A DNA stretch of 63,911 nucleotides, filler included, from Octopus bimaculoides (lineage: Eukaryota): the NCBI RefSeq assembly GCF_001194135.2. It is 6 parts of 6 records of this genome, joined end to end, with 100 filler letters (N's around TTAATTAATTAA, not from the genome) between each part and the next. Parts side by side here need not be neighbours in the genome. Positions count along the whole stretch, not along the records: positions 62,876 to 63,911 come from NW_026309255.1; 5 more parts are not named here. The stretch is one strand, 5' to 3'. Position 1 is the stretch's first letter, and each line of letters opens with the position of its first letter. The notes beneath the pieces are model-generated. The model worked only from the letters and a program-made list of their open reading frames with translations, did no database searches and had not been told where the DNA came from. The position numbers were made by a program, and so were the translations under genes. This document shows, piece after piece, positions 63,019 through 63,911 of the stretch.

Positions 63019-63911
63019 GTTTATTAGTATTGTTGTTGTTGTTATTAGTCGTAGTAATGGTATTATCATTATTAATAATATTAGTAGTAGTAGTATTGGT
63101 AGTGGTTATATTCGAGTTATTAATATTAATATTAGTGGCGATGCTATTATTATCGACATTCACCTCAGCTACATTTCGGTCTTCATAAGAAGCGGGGATG
63201 TTTGTATCATGGTTAATTCTGGTTGTAGTGCTAGGGTTGAAGGTGTGGTGTATGCCATCAATATCGTCATTAGTGTTTTCGTGGCTTTGACTTATTGTTA
63301 TATATATTTAGGAAGTGGGAATTAAGTTTACATTTATTGGAAGAGGTAACAATAGATTCTGTAACGGCATATGCAGTTGTCAAATTTCCCTAACTGTAGT
63401 TCACAGTACATATGGAAAGTACCGACTACCAAGGTCAGCTCCGCTTCTAATCGGTGAGGTTAAAGTAACACATGTTAATGAAGCAATGTCTCAAAAAGGT
63501 TGAGAATGAAAGTTTTCCTATACATTTTTTCTTTACTTGTTGTATGTATAAATTGTCATAGGGAACTCTGTATAAATATATATTATATAATATACCAACA
63601 TATAGACACAAATACTAACATACATATTCACATACAATCATACAGAGAATATCAAACATTGATACAGATACAAGCAGACACAAACAGTCGTAGAGATCTT
63701 CATACTCACTCAAAAATGAATGTGGTAGCAGAATATATGTTAGAGATACAAAGAGAGAAAGAAAGATGAAAAGACAATAAATTTCTAGAAAAAATTATGT
63801 AAATAAAATAGTATAAAAAAATTAACCATCTTACAAATGATGTAAATTTGGAACATTTTGAAAGCTTCCTTTTTCGATGATCGTGATCTGATTATCATCA
63901 AAATGTCTGTA

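Noticed and set aside
63315-63503. ORF containing NNRFCNGICSC as a possible EGF exon
   Set aside because: The Cys spacing is wrong and there are no suitable splice sites.

Overview
This is eukaryotic, AT-rich, microsatellite-dense genomic DNA from a gappy assembly. Its repeat families (tRNA/CORE-type SINEs, R4/Dong-like and Tx1-like LINE relics, Tc1/mariner relics) resemble a coleoid cephalopod, probably Octopus; that assignment is an inference. The only supportable protein-coding gene is a + strand multi-EGF gene, most like MEGF6. Five phase-1/phase-1 EGF exons are visible: 5031-5153, 10870-10992, ?-18613 (5' part in a gap), 20651-20773 and 22867-22989. The rest of the window is intronic or intergenic repeat DNA. 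Five artificial 100-nt spacers (N44-TTAATTAATTAA-N44) mark scaffold joins, so continuity beyond 25.4 kb is not guaranteed. Nearly all ORFs in the supplied track are artefacts of microsatellites or N-runs. I cannot demonstrate a new biological system. The best leads are: (1) a frame-preserving 15-nt microexon candidate at 38811-38825 with strong splice signals and UGC/UGCAUG motifs; (2) a ~126-bp, ~90%-identical intronic inverted repeat at 53641-53951 with a minimal hammerhead-ribozyme core in one arm, plus other hammerhead-like relics; (3) a perfect 17-bp hairpin at 40713-40754; (4) microsatellite-associated transposon clusters.
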